A stretch of DNA of 56,901 nt from an uncultured Clostridia bacterium (GCA_947589065.1 CANPZM010000003.1:1-56901); one strand, 5' to 3'; shown: positions 43,335-53,301, counted from the stretch's first letter. A program made the numbers and translations. The notes: generated by a model not told the origin, from the letters alone.

Positions 43335-43921
43335 TGTGGTTATATCAGAAAAAACTAGAATACCCTGTTAGAATAAAATGCACTAACCCTCGCTTAGCTA
43401 AATTTATAGTTTCTCAATATGGTGGTCCTGATGGTGAACTTGCAGCTTCTCTTAGATATTTATCACAAAGGTTTGGTATGCCTGACCAAAAATCTAAGGC
43501 TATTTTAAACGATATTGGAACCGAAGAATTAGCTCACTTAGAAATGGTTGGTAGTATTGTTCATCAATTAACTGATGGCGTTCCAGTTGAAGAATTAGAA
43601 AAAGCTGGTCTAGGTGCATATTATACAGACCATGGGGTTGACGTATACCCTGCTTCTGCTGCTGGAGTTCCTTTTACAGCTGCATATATTGCATGTAAAG
43701 GTGATCCTGTTGCAAATTTACAAGAAGATTTAGCAGCAGAACAAAAAGCAAGAGCAACTTATGAAAAATTAATAAATTTATGTGCAGATGATCCTGATGT
43801 TGTGGATCCACTTAGATTTTTAAGAGAACGTGAAGTTGTCCATTTTCAAAGATTCGGTGAAGCTCTAAATGGTGTTCAAGAAAAATTGGCAGACAAAAAA
43901 TTTTACAAAAATTTCAATTAG
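43334..43921 (+). CDS. cotJC: Spore coat Mn-catalase-family protein CotJC
   Basis: QYGGPDGELAA, TEELAHLE, REVVHFQRF. Confidence 0.95.
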   Translation: MWLYQKKLEYPVRIKCTNPRLAKFIVSQYGGPDGELAASLRYLSQRFGMPDQKSKAILNDIGTEELAHLEMVGSIVHQLTDGVPVEELEKAGLGAYYTDHGVDVYPASAAGVPFTAAYIACKGDPVANLQEDLAAEQKARATYEKLINLCADDPDVVDPLRFLREREVVHFQRFGEALNGVQEKLADKKFYKNFN

Positions 43922-43961
43922 AATAATATAAATTTTTTGTGCATAAAAAATAATAAACTTA

Positions 43962-44004
43962 TCTACTCGTCAAAGTTTATAAAATTTTGACGAGATTATT
44001 TTTT
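43962..44004 (+). terminator. Intrinsic terminator after cotJC
   Basis: CTCGTCAAAGTTT..AATTTTGACGAG then T-rich tract. Confidence 0.65.
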
Positions 44005-44023
44005 ATGCTAAAATAATCATTAC

Positions 44024-44166
44024 AGAACAAAAGCGGACATTATTAACATTTTCGCTATTTATGACATTCTAAAGTCCGCGGCTTTGTTCATCCACAGAAA
44101 AATTGTATAACAATTTTTCTGTGGAATGCTTATATTATAGAAGTTCAGAGAACTTTCCTATTATAC
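44024..44166. repeat. Three-hairpin intergenic repeat, copy B (complete)
   Basis: GAACAAAAGCGGAC..GTCCGCGGCTTTGTTC; TCCACAGAAAAATTG-TATAA-CAATTTTTCTGTGGA; ATAGAAGTTC-AGA-GAACTTTCCTAT. Confidence 0.92.
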
Positions 44167-44185
44167 ACAAAAAAATGGGAATAAA

Positions 44186-44926
44186 CTAATCGTTTCCATC
44201 TTTTTTTGAAAAATATTCTTCATACTCTTTTTTTAATGATAATATTTCAGCTTTTTTGTTTTCATCAATATATTTATATTTTACCATTTTATTTAAAACT
44301 TGTGCCTGTCTTTGAGAAGCTAATTCAAAATTAATAGTTGGATTATAAATTGATGGTGCATTGGGCAATCCAGCTAATAGTGTTGCTTCATAATCATTTA
44401 GTTCACTTGGTGATTTATTAAAATAGCCTTTACTTGCTGAACCAATATCATAATAACCTGAACCAAAATAACTAGTATTTACATATAATTCTAATATTGT
44501 ATCTTTATCTAATTCCTTCTCATATTTCCATGCCAAAAATGCTTCAGCAACTTTTCTTGTAATTGTCTTATCTTGAGTAAAATAAGTATTTTTTGCTAAT
44601 TGTTGGGTAATTGAACTTCCACCTTCAATCACCTTTCCTTTTACCATATTAGTTACAATTGCTCGCATTACAGAAATTATATCAACTCCATTATGCTTAT
44701 AAAATCTATGGTCTTCAACTGCTATAACCGCATCTTTATAAGTATTAGACATTTCTTCTAATTTCGTATAGTCAGGCTTATTTTTAATAGACTGAAATTT
44801 ACTTTCAATACTCTCATTATTCAAAGCACGTGTATACATATTATATCCAGTACCTATAAATATAGAACCAACACATACTAATATTAAAAATATTACTAAA
44901 ATTATAAAAAATATTATTTTCTTCAT
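44186..44926 (-). CDS. Monofunctional peptidoglycan glycosyltransferase (GT51)
   Basis: EDHRFYKHNGVD, GGSSITQQLAKN, RKVAE, LAGLPNAPS; no transpeptidase domain. Confidence 0.92.
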   Translation of the reverse strand: MKKIIFFIILVIFLILVCVGSIFIGTGYNMYTRALNNESIESKFQSIKNKPDYTKLEEMSNTYKDAVIAVEDHRFYKHNGVDIISVMRAIVTNMVKGKVIEGGSSITQQLAKNTYFTQDKTITRKVAEAFLAWKYEKELDKDTILELYVNTSYFGSGYYDIGSASKGYFNKSPSELNDYEATLLAGLPNAPSIYNPTINFELASQRQAQVLNKMVKYKYIDENKKAEILSLKKEYEEYFSKKDGND

Positions 44927-44944
44927 ATCATTATTATTTTTTTA

Positions 44945-45730
44945 CTATACTTGATTTAAAGTATTATTAAAATCTAAATTTATATCATTATGAATTTTGT
45001 TAATTTGAGATATAAGCAAAACAAATTCTAATTTAATATCCGAAATTTTTGATATTGTCCTTTTTTCAATATTTTTTAAATTCAATTCTAATTGACTAAT
45101 AATATATTTATTAAATTTAGCTTCTCCTCCAAAAGTTCTACTAAAAAATCGTCTTATTCTTAATAAGATACTATCAGAATTTTTTGAAATCATATTATTT
45201 TTTATAACAAAAATTTCGTTTAGCGTATTTAATGTATCATTCATACATTTTTCTAGCCTGTCCGTACATTCATCTATAACAACATCATAGTTTAACTTTT
45301 TTTGAGCAGTTGCTAAAATCTTTTTAGTAGATTTTTTTTCTAATACTTCATTATTTATAGCATTAGCACTAATTTCTCCTCTCTTGCTAGATATTAAATT
45401 TGCTACTGCAATTTTTTGATTGCTTTGAGATAAAGCTATTTCATTTTGGATATATATATATTCTGAGTTATATTGTTCTACAATCTTTTGCATCTTTTCT
45501 TTATATTGAAAAATTATCTCATCTAACTTATTTTTATATTTTTTTTGATTAATACCATATGCTTTTATCTGTTCATCAAGATATTGCCTTAAATTTTCTA
45601 CTTTACTTTCTATCAAATCATTACATAAACGTTGATAAATTGTTGCCCATAATAATAATTTATTACTTTCTGTTTCATACAGATCTTTTAAAGTTATAGA
45701 TAAATCCTTCTGAACCTCGTTAATATCCAT
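44945..45730 (-). CDS. Hypothetical helical/coiled-coil protein
   Basis: ORF with AAAGGAG RBS; no family recognised. Confidence 0.7.
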   Translation of the reverse strand: MDINEVQKDLSITLKDLYETESNKLLLWATIYQRLCNDLIESKVENLRQYLDEQIKAYGINQKKYKNKLDEIIFQYKEKMQKIVEQYNSEYIYIQNEIALSQSNQKIAVANLISSKRGEISANAINNEVLEKKSTKKILATAQKKLNYDVVIDECTDRLEKCMNDTLNTLNEIFVIKNNMISKNSDSILLRIRRFFSRTFGGEAKFNKYIISQLELNLKNIEKRTISKISDIKLEFVLLISQINKIHNDINLDFNNTLNQV

Positions 45731-45787
45731 ATGATAACTCTCTCCTTTCTAAAACATAGAGTCAGTCAATCATAGCAATTTTTTATT

Positions 45788-46204
45788 CTACCTATCTAAT
45801 GCATCTTTTCCTTTATTTGCGACCTTAGAAACTTCATTTGATATTGCTACTGTAGGCAAAGAAGCAATATCTAACACATCTTTTAATACTCTTTCAGAAA
45901 TACCTAAAGTCTGCTTTAAAGCATCAACTGGTGTAATACTTTTATTAAGTACACAATGTTGTAATAAATAACTTATAGCTATAATTGAAAGTGCAGGTCC
46001 AGGAAAAGCAACTGAAGCAAGCAAAGTTCCAGATTTTGCAAGAATTTTTCTTACACTATTGCTACCTGCCACTTTGGATACAGATTTTGAAGCAATTTCT
46101 GCAACAGAAAGAGTCCCATTTCCTGCTAATTTTAGCCCTTTTAAAGTAAATTTTCCTCCTGTTTTAGCAACATTTTTTAGAACCTTTTTAGTTTTTGTAT
46201 TCAT
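45788..46204 (-). CDS. Hypothetical basic protein with central hydrophobic segment
   Basis: ORF with AGGTGA RBS. Confidence 0.7.
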   Translation of the reverse strand: MNTKTKKVLKNVAKTGGKFTLKGLKLAGNGTLSVAEIASKSVSKVAGSNSVRKILAKSGTLLASVAFPGPALSIIAISYLLQHCVLNKSITPVDALKQTLGISERVLKDVLDIASLPTVAISNEVSKVANKGKDALDR

Positions 46205-46215
46205 AATAAAATCAC

Positions 46216-46374
46216 CTATATATTTATCATAATATTGATATAATCATTAAGATTATTTTTTAATTCTATTTCCTTTTTTTGCATATTTCTAGCATAATTC
46301 TTTAGATTGCCCATGTTTTCTTTATCCAAATTTATTAATTTCCCATCTATAAATTTTTCTCCAATTTTCTCCAT
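46216..46374 (-). CDS. Small hypothetical protein (52 aa), absent from the ORF track
   Basis: MEKIGEKFIDGKLINLDKENMGNLKNYARNMQKKEIELKNNLNDYINIMINI*; AGAAGGG upstream; stop overlaps the next gene's RBS. Confidence 0.6.
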   Translation of the reverse strand: MEKIGEKFIDGKLINLDKENMGNLKNYARNMQKKEIELKNNLNDYINIMINI

Positions 46375-46578
46375 ATATATAAACCCTTCTTACAGTACAA
46401 ATCTAGCTAAAATTTTATTTTAAAACCATTTTGTATTTCTTTTTTTTCATTAAATTTTGTATAATTTTTACAAATTATTACACTACTCGCATAACACAAT
46501 TTTAGTATATCATTAAAAAAATATCATAACAATAACATACACATTTCTTTTATATTACACCATTTTATTATTCTTGAA

Positions 46579-46710
46579 AGAACAAAAGCGGACATTATTA
46601 ACATTTTCACTATTTATACTATTTTAAAGTCCGCGTCTTTGTTCGTCCGTGAAAAATTGCTTTTGCAATTTTTCTGTGGAATGTTAATCTTTATATAATA
46701 ATTATATAAA
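46579..46710. repeat. Three-hairpin intergenic repeat, copy C (hairpin 3 degenerate)
   Basis: AGAACAAAAGCGGAC..GTCCGCGTCTTTGTTC; GAAAAATTGC-TTTT-GCAATTTTTCTGTGGAATG. Confidence 0.9.
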
Positions 46711-46754
46711 AAAAGACTGTAATACAAATATCACAGTCCATTTCATTTCTATAT

Positions 46755-48113
46755 TTATATATCCTCTGGAGATACAGAATTACCATTTGTTTCATTTTTT
46801 ACAACATTATTAAAATCTTTATTTTCATTATCATTTGTTGTAGCATTTTCTACAGATTCAATTTTTGTATCACCATCGTTAACAGAATTTACAACATTTT
46901 TGTCAAAATATTCTAAATTCAAGCATTTTTCATCTTCTACTGTACCTACCATTTTATATATTTTAGAAACAATCATTAATTCCCCACCATCATTCAAATA
47001 CATCTGCGTATTTGCAACAGAAAAATTGCTTTCTTGTAATGAATTGTCGCGAGCTTTATTATACTCTTTCTCATTAACATTTGTCACATTTTCTGGTGCA
47101 TATAATTTATCAAAATAATTTTTTGTTGCTTCAAGACATTTACTAGTAAAATTTCCTTGAGGAATTTTTGCCATTTCTAAAATTTTTGAATTTTGTACGT
47201 CTTCGCCATCATACACATTTATATTAAAAACATAATATTGATTTGTTTCATTTTCATATTGTAATTTAACTACAAGTGACAATAATTGGTCATTTTGATA
47301 CCATCTATAATCAACATTTATTAATCTAATATCTCCATCTTTGGGTGTTTCCTCTGCATTTACTTTTAATTTATCTTCAACTAAATTACTAATTTCATTA
47401 TTAATACTATTTACATGTTCATAATTTAAGTTAATTTTTGGAACTCTAGAAGTCTTATCATTTAAAACAGTTGTATAAGAATCATATACCAGTTCTTTTT
47501 CTTCATCAATCTTATTTATCTTTTTATTCTCGGTTGAATTTTCAATAGTATTTTCTTCATTACTATATTCATTATCAAAGTCTTTATTTTTATGTAAAAA
47601 ATCATTTACCTTTTCAAAAGTTGGTGCAATAGCATCATTTATATTATTAGGTAATAAATCAGCCTCATAAAGTCCATAAACGATTCCTATGACCATAACA
47701 ATAATAATTATCAAAATAAAAATAATTTTTATAAAAATATTATTCTTCTTAATTTTCTTGTTTTCTATTTTTTTAAAATCAGATTTATTATTTTGTTTAT
47801 TTTGCTTAATTTCTTTTCGTACTACTTTTTCTTCAATATTTTTCTCATTATATTCTTTTTTTATTTTTTCTACTTCTTTTCCAATATCTGGATCTGAAAT
47901 TTCAGCATTTACATCTTTTGCCTTATTGTCATTATTTTCCTTCCTTTTTTCTGCATCTTTTTTCATTTTTTCTTTTATTTCAACATCAGCTTTTGCCTTA
48001 GCTTCAGCTTCTTTTTTTACTCTTTCATTTAAAGCTTGTTCTATGTTTATTCCACATTTTTTACAAAATTTATCTTTTCTGTCTAATTCTTCGCCGCATT
48101 TAGGACATTTCAT
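46755..48113 (-). CDS. Zinc-ribbon, single-TM protein with extracellular domain
   Basis: CPKCG..FCKKCG at the N-terminus, central TM, VPKINLN..INNEI. Confidence 0.8.
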   Translation of the reverse strand: MKCPKCGEELDRKDKFCKKCGINIEQALNERVKKEAEAKAKADVEIKEKMKKDAEKRKENNDNKAKDVNAEISDPDIGKEVEKIKKEYNEKNIEEKVVRKEIKQNKQNNKSDFKKIENKKIKKNNIFIKIIFILIIIIVMVIGIVYGLYEADLLPNNINDAIAPTFEKVNDFLHKNKDFDNEYSNEENTIENSTENKKINKIDEEKELVYDSYTTVLNDKTSRVPKINLNYEHVNSINNEISNLVEDKLKVNAEETPKDGDIRLINVDYRWYQNDQLLSLVVKLQYENETNQYYVFNINVYDGEDVQNSKILEMAKIPQGNFTSKCLEATKNYFDKLYAPENVTNVNEKEYNKARDNSLQESNFSVANTQMYLNDGGELMIVSKIYKMVGTVEDEKCLNLEYFDKNVVNSVNDGDTKIESVENATTNDNENKDFNNVVKNETNGNSVSPEDI

Positions 48114-48212
48114 TGCAAATTCCTCCTTATAATCTTTAGTTCCATCTCATTATATCAAAAAAATATTTTTTGTAAAATGTTTTTTAATTATTTTTACAAA
48201 ATTTAGATAATA

Positions 48213-48272
48213 AATTTTTCTGTGGAATACTCTATATTATAGAAAGTTCAGAGAACTTTCCTATAATATAAA
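48213..48272. repeat. Three-hairpin intergenic repeat, copy D (partial)
   Basis: AATTTTTCTGTGGAATACTCTATATTATAGAAAGTTCAGAGAACTTTCCTATAATATAAA. Confidence 0.9.
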
Positions 48273-48301
48273 AAAACACTAAATACAATATTTAGTGTTT
48301 T

Positions 48302-48952
48302 CTATATTTTAGAATTCAATACTACAATTTTATTTGTATAAACCCTATCAATAACTTCATCTGGGTAATGTTCATCTAAAAATTTGTCTATACGAGTTTT
48401 GGCAGGCATTTTTAATAATCTTGCCTTTTGTCTAGCAACTGCAGAACAAGATATTAAAACATCAAATGATATAAATACAATCAATACCATTGTCACTGTT
48501 GCAAGCATTTTAGTAATATCCCTATTCATGAATTTATCAAATAATGGATGAATTAATTCATAATAAATTAACCCAGCCGTTCCCCAATAAAAAGCATGTA
48601 ATAAACTCGTTCTTCCATTAAAATTTATAGTCACCCAAGTATAGTTCCATGAAATTGTGCCAAACAATACTTCCTGCACATAAGAGCATACATACTCTAC
48701 AGTTCCGCCAAAAAACATTGTATATAAAAATACTTTTAATGGACTTTTTAATTTTGGAACAATCATCTCATATATCATTGCTCCTATACCATATACTGGT
48801 ATTAATGGACAATATAGTAGTCCTTGTCTCAATTCAAAACTACCTTTTTGAAATAAAACAAGTATATTTTCATACAGAAATCCTGCCAAACTTCCAATTA
48901 AAAAAATCCAAAAATATCTAAGAAATTTTTTATTTTTAGCTATTAATTTCAT
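48302..48952 (-). CDS. Putative ABC-transporter-associated permease (CmpB-like membrane family)
   Basis: GFLYE, GLLYCPLIPVYGIG, EY..S...E, WNY, NFNGR. Confidence 0.75.
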   Translation of the reverse strand: MKLIAKNKKFLRYFWIFLIGSLAGFLYENILVLFQKGSFELRQGLLYCPLIPVYGIGAMIYEMIVPKLKSPLKVFLYTMFFGGTVEYVCSYVQEVLFGTISWNYTWVTINFNGRTSLLHAFYWGTAGLIYYELIHPLFDKFMNRDITKMLATVTMVLIVFISFDVLISCSAVARQKARLLKMPAKTRIDKFLDEHYPDEVIDRVYTNKIVVLNSKI

Positions 48953-49053
48953 ATAAAACTTTCCTTTTACAAAAATCAGATTTATTATATCATATTTACA
49001 TAATTATCTCAAGCCCATTAATAAAACTCATAAATCTTCTTGTAGTACATACA

Positions 49054-49644
49054 TTATAAATCCAATACATTTTTAAATAAACTATTAGAGCGTTCATCTA
49101 AAATATCAATAATTTTATTATTGAAAAAAATAACCTTTACATTTTGCTTTGTTGTTGAATCTTCCAAATAAGAATATTCATTTAATGGTTCATATTTTAA
49201 AGTTAATGCAACTGTATAAATTTTTGAATTGCTTTTGTTTTTCTCAGGCTTTTGTATATTTGAAGTTTTAATACTTTTGTAAATAATTTCATTTTGATAA
49301 GCATACTTTTTTAGTGCATCACTTAATTTATCCAATTGTACATTTTTTTCATCTATATTATTATACTCTTTTTTAAATTTATCTGCTTTTTGTTCTGCTT
49401 GTTGCCAAGCCATAGCAGCTTTTAAATCAATATAATTTTCAATTACATTATTCATCTCATTTTCTGAGCATAAAGCATCAGCCATTTTGTTTATTTTTTC
49501 TTCATACTTACTTGGTTCTCTACCTACAGTCATAAAAAATGTTACAGTAACAATAATAACAACTATAGCTACTATAGAAAATATAATTATAATTTTTTTG
49601 TGGTTACCCATCTTTTTTATTAAATTTACAAATTTTTCCTTCAT
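49054..49644 (-). CDS. Membrane-anchored hypothetical protein, paralog 1
   Basis: N-terminal TM; NEMNNVIENYIDLKAAMAWQ. Confidence 0.75.
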   Translation of the reverse strand: MKEKFVNLIKKMGNHKKIIIIFSIVAIVVIIVTVTFFMTVGREPSKYEEKINKMADALCSENEMNNVIENYIDLKAAMAWQQAEQKADKFKKEYNNIDEKNVQLDKLSDALKKYAYQNEIIYKSIKTSNIQKPEKNKSNSKIYTVALTLKYEPLNEYSYLEDSTTKQNVKVIFFNNKIIDILDERSNSLFKNVLDL

Positions 49645-49666
49645 TTTCTACCTCTTAATTAGAGTA

Positions 49667-50617
49667 TTAATTTTCATTTGCATTTATATTATTATCAGTT
49701 GTCATATTTATAGAATTTTCATTTGATAAGCTATTTTCTACATTATTTGTTGTAGTATTACCTGTTGTATTTTCTATGTTATTTTCGGTTGCATTTTCTG
49801 AAACATTTTCCACAGTATTTTCTGTAGTCGTATTTTCAGTAGTATTATTATTTAATTCATTAGAATTTGAAAAAGAATTTGAATCTAAAATTGATTTTCC
49901 GTCTGAATCTGAAACATATATAACAATTTCTCCATAAAATACTACTGTACATTTTTGCTCATCTCCAGCCATTGACAATGTAGCCTCAACTTGAGTGATA
50001 TTTTCATCAACTTCTGATTTTTGTAAATTTTCTATTTTTACTACTTCAATTTTTAAATTTTGTAAATCATCTAATGTTTGATTTGTATTTTCTGTATTAT
50101 TTGATACTTCATTTGTTTCAGTAGCATTAGTAGGTTCCATAGAAACTTCATTTTGTGTAGTATTAGACAAATTACTTTGTGCCACATTAGCCAATCCACT
50201 TATCATCTGTAAAGTAGTACTATATTTTTTTAAATCGTCTGTAACTTTTTTTGCCTCTTCGTCTGTAACTTTACTATATTGTTCCATAAGCTTTGCATCG
50301 TCCCCAGCAATTGCTTGATAAGCAACAAATGCTTTAGGGTCAAAATAATTGTTTATAAATTTATCCATTTCATCAACATTAATCATACCCGCAGCAAGTT
50401 GTTCAATGGCCTTTTTATAAAATTCTGGTATCTCCTCACTACTGTTTCCTGGTTCTTCAGTTGTATTTGAGGTTACATCATTTGAAAATGAAACAGGTTG
50501 ATTTTTCGTATCAGAATTTTTTCCTATTACTTTAACTAAAACAATACCAATAACTGCCAATATAATTACAACAACGATTATAATTATTGGTATCAATATT
50601 TTTTTATTATTTTTCAT
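49667..50617 (-). CDS. Membrane-anchored hypothetical protein, paralog 2, with N/T/E-rich insertions and tail
   Basis: N-terminal TM; DEMDKFINNYFDPKAFVAYQ; repeated TTEN. Confidence 0.75.
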   Translation of the reverse strand: MKNNKKILIPIIIIVVVIILAVIGIVLVKVIGKNSDTKNQPVSFSNDVTSNTTEEPGNSSEEIPEFYKKAIEQLAAGMINVDEMDKFINNYFDPKAFVAYQAIAGDDAKLMEQYSKVTDEEAKKVTDDLKKYSTTLQMISGLANVAQSNLSNTTQNEVSMEPTNATETNEVSNNTENTNQTLDDLQNLKIEVVKIENLQKSEVDENITQVEATLSMAGDEQKCTVVFYGEIVIYVSDSDGKSILDSNSFSNSNELNNNTTENTTTENTVENVSENATENNIENTTGNTTTNNVENSLSNENSINMTTDNNINANEN

Positions 50618-50803
50618 TTTCCTTTATCCCTTCCTTTGTATAAAAATATATAAATATTATATTTTTTTTTAATAAAAATGTAAATATATTATTATAAAAA
50701 TCTTTCAAAAATATTCAAAAAAACTAGCATTTTAAGTGATTTTATGGTATAATTAATATGTATTGAGTTTTCAAATTTATACTATAATATAAAGGAGAAT
50801 TAT

Positions 50804-50983
50804 ATGTTTAATATGTCTAAAGAAGAAAAATTTAATTTCGATATAGAAAATTTAAAACAAGACTTTGCAATTGAAAATATGTACATTACTGATTCTGATG
50901 TCGAAATTTTGAAAAAATATTCAAATAATGAAATTTCAATGAATGAAATGATTGACATCATTAAAAATGATAATTTAAAATAA
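50804..50983 (+). CDS. VbhA/FicA-like antitoxin (59 aa), absent from the ORF track
   Basis: AAAGGAG RBS; MFNMSKEEKFNFDIENLKQDFAIENMYIT...NEISMNEMID; directly upstream of fic. Confidence 0.7.
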   Translation: MFNMSKEEKFNFDIENLKQDFAIENMYITDSDVEILKKYSNNEISMNEMIDIIKNDNLK

Positions 50984-51040
50984 ATATAGCTTGAAAATAT
51001 AATTCAGGCTATATTTATTTTTTAGAAAGGTTAATTAGAT

Positions 51041-51640
51041 ATGAATAATTTTGATTCTCCAAGAAATTCAATATATTGCTATCCCAACTCAGATGTACTA
51101 GTGAATAATTTAAATATACATGATAATAAAAAGTTATCTCGACTAGAAAGACAACTAGTTTTAGCAAAATCATACATATTAAGGCAAAACACTAAAATTC
51201 AAAAATTTGATAAAAATCATTTTTTAAACATACATAAGTTTTTATTTGAAGATATTTATCCATTTGCTGGAAAACTTAGGGTAGAAAATATTAGCAAAGA
51301 CAATTTTATTTTTGCCAATTGGGAATTTATTGATGAACAATTAGATAAATTATTAGAACAATTAAAATCAGAAAGTTATTTAGCTGGTCTCCCTAAAGTT
51401 GATTTAGCTAAACGTTTAAGTTATTATCTTGCTGAACTAAATGTCTTACACCCTTTTCGAGAAGGAAATGGAAGAACAATACGTGAATTTATTAGAGAAT
51501 TAGCATTTAAAAACCATTATATATTAAATCTAAAGAATTCGTCTCCAAAAGAAATCTTTGAAGCCTGTGTTAAATCAGTTTATGACTATTCAGATTTAGA
51601 AATTATTATGTTAAAATGCTTACAAGAAATTCCAAATTAG
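51041..51640 (+). CDS. fic: Fic-domain toxin (adenylyltransferase)
   Basis: Canonical HPFREGNGRTIR; YCYPNSDVLVNNL N-terminus; LFEDIYPFAG. Confidence 0.92.
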   Translation: MNNFDSPRNSIYCYPNSDVLVNNLNIHDNKKLSRLERQLVLAKSYILRQNTKIQKFDKNHFLNIHKFLFEDIYPFAGKLRVENISKDNFIFANWEFIDEQLDKLLEQLKSESYLAGLPKVDLAKRLSYYLAELNVLHPFREGNGRTIREFIRELAFKNHYILNLKNSSPKEIFEACVKSVYDYSDLEIIMLKCLQEIPN

Positions 51641-51664
51641 CATGTTTATTAGAACAAATTATAG

Positions 51665-51702
51665 AAAAAACGAATTCATAGAAAATTATGAATTCGTTTT
51701 TT
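51665..51702. terminator. Bidirectional terminator
   Basis: AAAAAACGAATTCATA..TATGAATTCGTTTTTT between convergent genes. Confidence 0.8.
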
Positions 51703-51720
51703 TATAATTTTTTATATTTT

Positions 51721-52263
51721 TTATTTTAGTAAATCATACATTCCTGCATATGTCATACTAACCATTTTTCCTTTATAGAATATTATTGTTACGTCTAAAT
51801 CGTCTCCATCATCATTTTTTAATGTTACTTTTGCCTTTTTTAATTGTTTACAATCATCATCATAATCTTTTAGTTTTCCAATCTCATCAACTTTTATTTT
51901 TTCATCCTCTGAAACAAATTTTTTAAAACTGTCTTTTACATCATCTACAAAGTCATCATCTTTATAATCATCTTTTTTTGCATTCTTATATTCATCTTTA
52001 AAGTCTTCTGGATCATCTGCTTCTTTCATAGCATATATAGCTCTTAAATCTACATACTTTTTAACAAACTTTTCCATTTTTTCTTCACTCTTACACGCTT
52101 GAGCAAACTTTTTAATTGTTGTTTTATAAGATGGTCTTCCTAATAATGTTGTTAATACTAAAACAATAGCTACTATAACAACTAATGCAACAACACCTAT
52201 TGCAATAGCTTTACTTTTATTTTCTTTTAAACTTACTACTAAAGCAGCTAATTTTTCTTTCAT
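51721..52263 (-). CDS. Membrane-anchored hypothetical protein, paralog 3
   Basis: N-terminal TM; EKMEKFVKKYVDLRAIYAMK. Confidence 0.75.
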   Translation of the reverse strand: MKEKLAALVVSLKENKSKAIAIGVVALVVIVAIVLVLTTLLGRPSYKTTIKKFAQACKSEEKMEKFVKKYVDLRAIYAMKEADDPEDFKDEYKNAKKDDYKDDDFVDDVKDSFKKFVSEDEKIKVDEIGKLKDYDDDCKQLKKAKVTLKNDDGDDLDVTIIFYKGKMVSMTYAGMYDLLK

Positions 52264-52426
52264 AATTTTAATCCTCCCTTTTGATTTCTAAGATAATTAT
52301 AGATTTAAAATTTTAAATAGTCAATTCTTTTTTTACATTTTATTAATTTAAATTTGCTTTTATACTTCTTTTTATATATAATACTTACAAAATATTCAGT
52401 TTATTTATATTCTAGGAGGTGTTCAT

Positions 52427-53278
52427 TTGAACAAAACACATAAAACATTAATGATTATTCTGATTTCATTAATTATTATTATAGCTTTCATTATTGCTTC
52501 TTTATTCTTATTTAATAAAAAATTTTCTTCTAATAAAAATGAACAAGAAAATAGTAATTCCAGTCCTGGATTATCTAAAGAAGAAATTGATTTTGCCAAA
52601 GGTATTATTCCTTATTTTGGGCAATATCAAGCTAATATTTACCAACTTGGTGATTTTACTTTAGATACTTTACCTAATGAATTAGCATTACTATTAGCTT
52701 GGAATAATCTAGGTTACAATGATTATGAATATGATGACTATTCGAACCTAGAAGATGAACATTTTAAGCCAAATAATAATGGTGGAGCAATTATTAGTGT
52801 ATCTCAAAATGAAATGAAAGAAAGCATTGCAACTCTCTTTGGTACAGCTTTTAAATATAAGGACACGAATTTTAAAGATGAAGGCATTTATCCATCTTTT
52901 TCTTATAGTAACACAATTGGTAATATAACATATAATAACGGAATTTATACTGCTAATTGGACTGAAAGTGGCGGTGGAAATACCGATTCCATCTATGAAG
53001 TAATTGACAGTTTTGAAAAAATTGAAAATGGATATAAAGTATATGTAAAAACTGCCTATGTTCATTCAGATGAAAACAGCATTATTTATTCAGATTGTGA
53101 CTTTGAAAATAAAAAATTACTAAATGAAGTTACAACTTTTGATGAAATACCCAATAATGACGTTATTGATGAATACATTAAAGAACATAAAGATTTATTT
53201 ACAGCATATTCTTATACTATGTTGTATGATGAAAATCTTAGTCATTATTATTTAAGTGAATTCCATACAGAAAAATAA
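52427..53278 (+). CDS. Membrane-anchored/exported hypothetical protein
   Basis: AGGAGG RBS, TTG start, N-terminal TM. Confidence 0.75.
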   Translation: MNKTHKTLMIILISLIIIIAFIIASLFLFNKKFSSNKNEQENSNSSPGLSKEEIDFAKGIIPYFGQYQANIYQLGDFTLDTLPNELALLLAWNNLGYNDYEYDDYSNLEDEHFKPNNNGGAIISVSQNEMKESIATLFGTAFKYKDTNFKDEGIYPSFSYSNTIGNITYNNGIYTANWTESGGGNTDSIYEVIDSFEKIENGYKVYVKTAYVHSDENSIIYSDCDFENKKLLNEVTTFDEIPNNDVIDEYIKEHKDLFTAYSYTMLYDENLSHYYLSEFHTEK

Positions 53279-53301
53279 AATAATACTTTAATTACAAACT
53301 A

